From: Eledone cirrhosa
Taxonomy: Eukaryota
Length of the DNA stretch: 64,000 nt
Reading direction: 5' to 3'
Assembly: GCA_964016885.1 (NCBI GenBank)
Contig: OZ024745.1
Span: 39,804,001 to 39,868,000, forward strand
This document shows positions 56,966 through 64,000 of this stretch, one piece after another. How positions within the stretch are numbered: the stretch's first letter is position 1; every line of letters begins with the position of its first letter. Position numbers and translations under genes: made by a program. The notes beneath the pieces were generated by a model, which saw only the letters and a program-made list of their open reading frames with translations, was not told where the DNA came from and did no database searches.

Positions 56966-59900
56966 CTTGTCTGGCTTTCTGGAGAATAGAGGAAAGGTGT
57001 TTCCTCAAAAACCAGTATGACTCTAAAAACCGGTTTGTCTGTGTGTTTACATACAGAATAGCTGGCCACTCACAGTAAAGTGACCAGTGAAAAAACTTGG
57101 TACATCTACATATGTATACGTGTGTGTATTCATATACATACTAGTATTTCAGTATACATATATGGATGTACATCTTTAACTTAATTGTTTAAGCGTCAGT
57201 CATACAAAAGTGAGTTACAAACGAAACGAAATTTAATTTCGTTTCGTTATTTGTTTTTATCGTCTCCGTTGAACCGGTACTTACTCACACTCTATGCAAA
57301 TTAGTCTGCCCACTACTAATTATCATAGAAAAAGCATATAACGATATGTGCTTTTACGATTCTCTAGAGAGGCCGGAAGATAGGTAAATATTGCTGATGA
57401 GTTGTAACAACAACGAAACTAGTTCAATATTCCTTGTCTGGCTTTCTGGAGAATAGAGGAAAGGTGTTTCCTCAAAAACCAGTATGACTCTAAAAACCGG
57501 TTTGTCTGTGTGTTTACATACAGAATAGCTGGCCACTCACAGTAAAGTGACCAGTGAAAAAACTTGGTACATCTACATATGTATACGTGTGTGTATTCAT
57601 ATACATACTAGTATTTCAGTATACATATATGGATGTACATCTTTAACTTAATTGTTTAAGCGTCAGTCATACAAAAGTGAGTTACAAACGAAACGAAATT
57701 TAATTTCGTTTCGTTATTTGTTTTTATCGTCTCCGTTGAACCGGTACTTACTCACACTCTATGCAAATTAGTCTGCCCACTACTAATTATCATAGAAAAA
57801 GCATATAACGATATGTGCTTTTACGATTCTCTAGAGAGGCCGGAAGATAGGTAAATATTGCTGATGAGTTGTAACAACAACGAAACTAGTTCAATATTCC
57901 TTGTCTGGCTTTCTGGAGAATAGAGGAAAGGTGTTTCCTCAAAAACCAGTATGACTCTAAAAACCGGTTTGTCTGTGTGTTTACATACAGAATAGCTGGC
58001 CACTCACAGTAAAGTGACCAGTGAAAAAACTTGGTACATCTACATATGTATACGTGTGTGTATTCATATACATACTAGTATTTCAGTATACATATATGGA
58101 TGTACATCTTTAACTTAATTGTTTAAGCGTCAGTCATACAAAAGTGAGTTACAAACGAAACGAAATTTAATTTCGTTTCGTTATTTGTTTTTATCGTCTC
58201 CGTTGAACCGGTACTTACTCACACTCTATGCAAATTAGTCTGCCCACTACTAATTATCATAGAAAAAGCATATAACGATATGTGCTTTTACGATTCTCTA
58301 GAGAGGCCGGAAGATAGGTAAATATTGCTGATGAGTTGTAACAACAACGAAACTAGTTCAATATTCCTTGTCTGGCTTTCTGGAGAATAGAGGAAAGGTG
58401 TTTCCTCAAAAACCAGTATGACTCTAAAAACCGGTTTGTCTGTGTGTTTACATACAGAATAGCTGGCCACTCACAGTAAAGTGACCAGTGAAAAAACTTG
58501 GTACATCTACATATGTATACGTGTGTGTATTCATATACATACTAGTATTTCAGTATACATATATGGATGTACATCTTTAACTTAATTGTTTAAGCGTCAG
58601 TCATACAAAAGTGAGTTACAAACGAAACGAAATTTAATTTCGTTTCGTTATTTGTTTTTATCGTCTCCGTTGAACCGGTACTTACTCACACTCTATGCAA
58701 ATTAGTCTGCCCACTACTAATTATCATAGAAAAAGCATATAACGATATGTGCTTTTACGATTCTCTAGAGAGGCCGGAAGATAGGTAAATATTGCTGATG
58801 AGTTGTAACAACAACGAAACTAGTTCAATATTCCTTGTCTGGCTTTCTGGAGAATAGAGGAAAGGTGTTTCCTCAAAAACCAGTATGACTCTAAAAACCG
58901 GTTTGTCTGTGTGTTTACATACAGAATAGCTGGCCACTCACAGTAAAGTGACCAGTGAAAAAACTTGGTACATCTACATATGTATACGTGTGTGTATTCA
59001 TATACATACTAGTATTTCAGTATACATATATGGATGTACATCTTTAACTTAATTGTTTAAGCGTCAGTCATACAAAAGTGAGTTACAAACGAAACGAAAT
59101 TTAATTTCGTTTCGTTATTTGTTTTTATCGTCTCCGTTGAACCGGTACTTACTCACACTCTATGCAAATTAGTCTGCCCACTACTAATTATCATAGAAAA
59201 AGCATATAACGATATGTGCTTTTACGATTCTCCAGAGAGGCCGGAAGATAGGTAAATATTGCTGATGAGTTGTAACAACAACGAAACTAGTTCAATATTC
59301 CTTGTCTGGCTTTCTGGAGAATAGAGGAAAGGTGTTTCCTCAAAAACCAGTATGACTCTAAAAACCGGTTTGTCTGTGTGTTTACATACAGAATAGCTGG
59401 CCACTCACAGTAAAGTGACCAGTGAAAAAACTTGGTACATCTACATATGTATACGTGTGTGTATTCATATACATACTAGTATTTCAGTATACATATATGG
59501 ATGTACATCTTTAACTTAATTGTTTAAGCGTCAGTCATACAAAAGTGAGTTACAAACGAAACGAAATTTAATTTCGTTTCGTTATTTGTTTTTATCGTCT
59601 CCGTTGAACCGGTACTTACTCACACTCTATGCAAATTAGTCTGCCCACTACTAATTATCATAGAAAAAGCATATAACGATATGTGCTTTTACGATTCTCT
59701 AGAGAGGCCGGAAGATAGGTAAATATTGCTGATGAGTTGTAACAACAACGAAACTAGTTCAATATTCCTTGTCTGGCTTTCTGGAGAATAGAGGAAAGGT
59801 GTTTCCTCAAAAACCAGTATGACTCTAAAAACCGGTTTGTCTGTGTGTTTACATACAGAATAGCTGGCCACTCACAGTAAAGTGACCAGTGAAAAAACTT

Positions 59901-62900
59901 GGTACATCTACATATGTATACGTGTGTGTATTCATATACATACTAGTATTTCAGTATACATATATGGATGTACATCTTTAACTTAATTGTTTAAGCGTCA
60001 GTCATACAAAAGTGAGTTACAAACGAAACGAAATTTAATTTCGTTTCGTTATTTGTTTTTATCGTCTCCGTTGAACCGGTACTTACTCACACTCTATGCA
60101 AATTAGTCTGCCCACTACTAATTATCATAGAAAAAGCATATAACGATATGTGCTTTTACGATTCTCCAGAGAGGCCGGAAGATAGGTAAATATTGCTGAT
60201 GAGTTGTAACAACAACGAAACTAGTTCAATATTCCTTGTCTGGCTTTCTGGAGAATAGAGGAAAGGTGTTTCCTCAAAAACCAGTATGACTCTAAAAACC
60301 GGTTTGTCTGTGTGTTTACATACAGAATAGCTGGCCACTCACAGTAAAGTGACCAGTGAAAAAACTTGGTACATCTACATATGTATACGTGTGTGTATTC
60401 ATATACATACTAGTATTTCAGTATACATATATGGATGTACATCTTTAACTTAATTGTTTAAGCGTCAGTCATACAAAAGTGAGTTACAAACGAAACGAAA
60501 TTTTATTTCGTTTCGTTATTTGTTTTTATCGTCTCCGTTGAACCGGTACTTACTCACACTCTATGCAAATTAGTCTGCCCACTACTAATTATCATAGAAA
60601 AAGCATATAACGATATGTGCTTTTACGATTCTCCAGAGAGGCCGGAAGATAGGTAAATATTGCTGATGAGTTGTAACAACAACGAAACTAGTTCAATATT
60701 CCTTGTCTGGCTTTCTGGAGAATAGAGGAAAGGTGTTTCCTCAAAAACCAGTATGACTCTAAAAACCGGTTTGTCTGTGTGTTTACATACAGAATAGCTG
60801 GCCACGCACAGTAAAGTGACCAGTGAAAAAACTTGGTACATCTACATATGTATACGTGTGTGTATTCATATACATACTAGTATTTCAGTATACATATATG
60901 GATGTACATCTTTAACTTAATTGTTTAAGCGTCAGTCATACAAAAGTGAGTTACAAACGAAACGAAATTTAATTTCGTTTCGTTATTTGTTTTTATCGTC
61001 TCCGTTGAACCGGTACTTACTCACACTCTATGCAAATTAGTCTGCCCACTACTAATTATCATAGAAAAAGCATATAACGATATGTGCTTTTACGATTCTC
61101 CAGAGAGGCCGGAAGATAGGTAAATATTGCTGATGAGTTGTAACAACAACGAAACTAGTTCAATATTCCTTGTCTGGCTTTCTGGAGAATAGAGGAAAGG
61201 TGTTTCCTCAAAAACCAGTATGACTCTAAAAACCGGTTTGTCTGTGTGTTTACATACAGAATAGCTGGCCACGCACAGTAAAGTGACCAGTGAAAAAACT
61301 TGGTACATCTACATATGTATACGTGTGTGTATTCATATACATACTAGTATTTCAGTATACATATATGGATGTACATCTTTAACTTAATTGTTTAAGCGTC
61401 AGTCATACAAAAGTGAGTTACAAACGAAACGAAATTTAATTTCGTTTCGTTATTTGTTTTCATCGTCTCCGTTGAACCGGTACTTACTCACACTCTATGC
61501 AAATTAGTCTGCCCACTACTAATTATCATAGAAAAAGCATATAACGATATGTGCTTTTACGATTCTCTAGAGAGGCCGGAAGATAGGTAAATATTGCTGA
61601 TGAGTTGTAACAACAACGAAACTAGTTCAATATTCCTTGTCTGGCTTTCTGGAGAATAGAGGAAAGGTGTTTCCTCAAAAACCAGTATGACTCTAAAAAC
61701 CGGTTTGTCTGTGTGTTTACATACAGAATAGCTGGCCACTCACAGTAAAGTGACCAGTGAAAAAACTTGGTACATCTACATATGTATACGTGTGTGTATT
61801 CATATACATACTAGTATTTCAGTATACATATATGGATGTACATCTTTAACTTAATTGTTTAAGCGTCAGTCATACAAAAGTGAGTTACAAACGAAACGAA
61901 ATTTTATTTCGTTTCGTTATTTGTTTTTATCGTCTCCGTTGAACCGGTACTTACTCACACTCTATGCAAATTAGTCTGCCCACTACTAATTATCATAGAA
62001 AAAGCATATAACGATATGTGCTTTTACGATTCTCTAGAGAGGCCGGAAGATAGGTAAATATTGCTGATGAGTTGTAACAACAACGAAACTAGTTCAATAT
62101 TCCTTGTCTGGCTTTCTGGAGAATAGAGGAAAGGTGTTTCCTCAAAAACCAGTATGACTCTAAAAACCGGTTTGTCTGTGTGTTTACATACAGAATAGCT
62201 GGCCACTCACAGTAAAGTGACCAGTGAAAAAACTTGGTACATCTACATATGTATACGTGTGTGTATTCATATACATACTAGTATTTCAGTATACATATAT
62301 GGATGTACATCTTTAACTTAATTGTTTAAGCGTCAGTCATACAAAAGTGAGTTACAAACGAAACGAAATTTAATTTCGTTTCGTTATTTGTTTTTATCGT
62401 CTCCGTTGAACCGGTACTTACTCACACTCTATGCAAATTAGTCTGCCCACTACTAATTATCATAGAAAAAGCATATAACGATATGTGCTTTTACGATTCT
62501 CCAGAGAGGCCGGAAGATAGGTAAATATTGCTGATGAGTTGTAACAACAACGAAACTAGTTCAATATTCCTTGTCTGGCTTTCTGGAGAATAGAGGAAAG
62601 GTGTTTCCTCAAAAACCAGTATGACTCTAAAAACCGGTTTGTCTGTGTGTTTACATACAGAATAGCTGGCCACTCACAGTAAAGTGACCAGTGAAAAAAC
62701 TTGGTACATCTACATATGTATACGTGTGTGTATTCATATACATACTAGTATTTCAGTATACATATATGGATGTACATCTTTAACTTAATTGTTTAAGCGT
62801 CAGTCATACAAAAGTGAGTTACAAACGAAACGAAATTTTATTTCGTTTCGTTATTTGTTTTTATCGTCTCCGTTGAACCGGTACTTACTCACACTCTATG

Positions 62901-64000
62901 CAAATTAGTCTGCCCACTACTAATTATCATAGAAAAAGCATATAACGATATGTGCTTTTACGATTCTCCAGAGAGGCCGGAAGATAGGTAAATATTGCTG
63001 ATGAGTTGTAACAACAACGAAACTAGTTCAATATTCCTTGTCTGGCTTTCTGGAGAATAGAGGAAAGGTGTTTCCTCAAAAACCAGTATGACTCTAAAAA
63101 CCGGTTTGTCTGTGTGTTTACATACAGAATAGCTGGCCACGCACAGTAAAGTGACCAGTGAAAAAACTTGGTACATCTACATATGTATACGTGTGTGTAT
63201 TCATATACATACTAGTATTTCAGTATACATATATGGATGTACATCTTTAACTTAATTGTTTAAGCGTCAGTCATACAAAAGTGAGTTACAAACGAAACGA
63301 AATTTAATTTCGTTTCGTTATTTGTTTTTATCGTCTCCGTTGAACCGGTACTTACTCACACTCTATGCAAATTAGTCTGCCCACTACTAATTATCATAGA
63401 AAAAGCATATAACGATATGTGCTTTTACGATTCTCCAGAGAGGCCGGAAGATAGGTAAATATTGCTGATGAGTTGTAACAACAACGAAACTAGTTCAATA
63501 TTCCTTGTCTGGCTTTCTGGAGAATAGAGGAAAGGTGTTTCCTCAAAAACCAGTATGACTCTAAAAACCGGTTTGTCTGTGTGTTTACATACAGAATAGC
63601 TGGCCACGCACAGTAAAGTGACCAGTGAAAAAACTTGGTACATCTACATATGTATACGTGTGTGTATTCATATACATACTAGTATTTCAGTATACATATA
63701 TGGATGTACATCTTTAACTTAATTGTTTAAGCGTCAGTCATACAAAAGTGAGTTACAAACGAAACGAAATTTAATTTCGTTTCGTTATTTGTTTTCATCG
63801 TCTCCGTTGAACCGGTACTTACTCACACTCTATGCAAATTAGTCTGCCCACTACTAATTATCATAGAAAAAGCATATAACGATATGTGCTTTTACGATTC
63901 TCTAGAGAGGCCGGAAGATAGGTAAATATTGCTGATGAGTTGTAACAACAACGAAACTAGTTCAATATTCCTTGTCTGGCTTTCTGGAGAATAGAGGAAA
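56966..64000 (+). repeat. 467-bp tandem array (at least 15 units, near identical) carrying hammerhead ribozymes; retrozyme-like
   Basis: Strict period of 467 with only a few variant positions; it continues past the window end. Confidence 0.97.
57387..57431 (+). ncRNA. Type I hammerhead ribozyme, repeated every 467 bp (57387, 57854, 58321 ... 63458, 63925; 15 copies)
   Basis: AATATTG-CTGATGA-GTTG taacaa CAAC-GAAAC-TA-GTT-CAATATT. Stem I is 7 bp, the core is intact, stem II is 4 bp and helix III is palindromic (AACTAGTT). Predicted cleavage is after 57424. Confidence 0.88.

Noticed and set aside
56399-63643. Repeated 60-72 aa ORF (MASYSVCK...) as a tandem gene family
   Set aside because: It mostly has a GTG start, has no recognisable domain and is antisense to the hammerhead strand; it is a by-product of the repeat.
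56966-64000. CRISPR array, or 5S/snRNA/tRNA gene cluster
   Set aside because: Units are identical with no variable spacers, and I recognise no 5S, U-snRNA, SL or tRNA sequence.

Overview
AT-rich, microsatellite-dense animal DNA. It is probably cephalopod (octopus-like), inferred only from the SINE families. I can support no host gene. The window is a retroelement graveyard: tRNA-derived SINEs, a near full-length degenerate Tx1/L1-clade LINE plus an older fragment, RTE and CR1 3' ends, a Penelope-like GIY-YIG remnant, a Helitron Rep/Pif1 remnant and a mariner end. The most striking signal is a set of unrelated non-coding repeats, mostly sitting in (TA)n tracts, that each carry a type I hammerhead ribozyme motif with a short, often palindromic helix III. 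The youngest is a 467-bp tandem array (56208-64000, running off the window) with 16 intact hammerheads and a highly base-paired unit. It has a fold-back inversion 7-11 nt from the predicted cleavage site. Also present are a 518-bp hammerhead array, a circularly permuted 578-bp hammerhead unit and several fold-back palindromes. A 38-nt piece of the 518-bp family is fused to the 5' truncation point of the Penelope element. Together these suggest a family-rich system of ribozyme-bearing, possibly circular, RNA retroelements (non-LTR retrozyme-like) copied by Penelope reverse transcriptase. All structures were paired by eye, and ribozyme activity and novelty are unverified.
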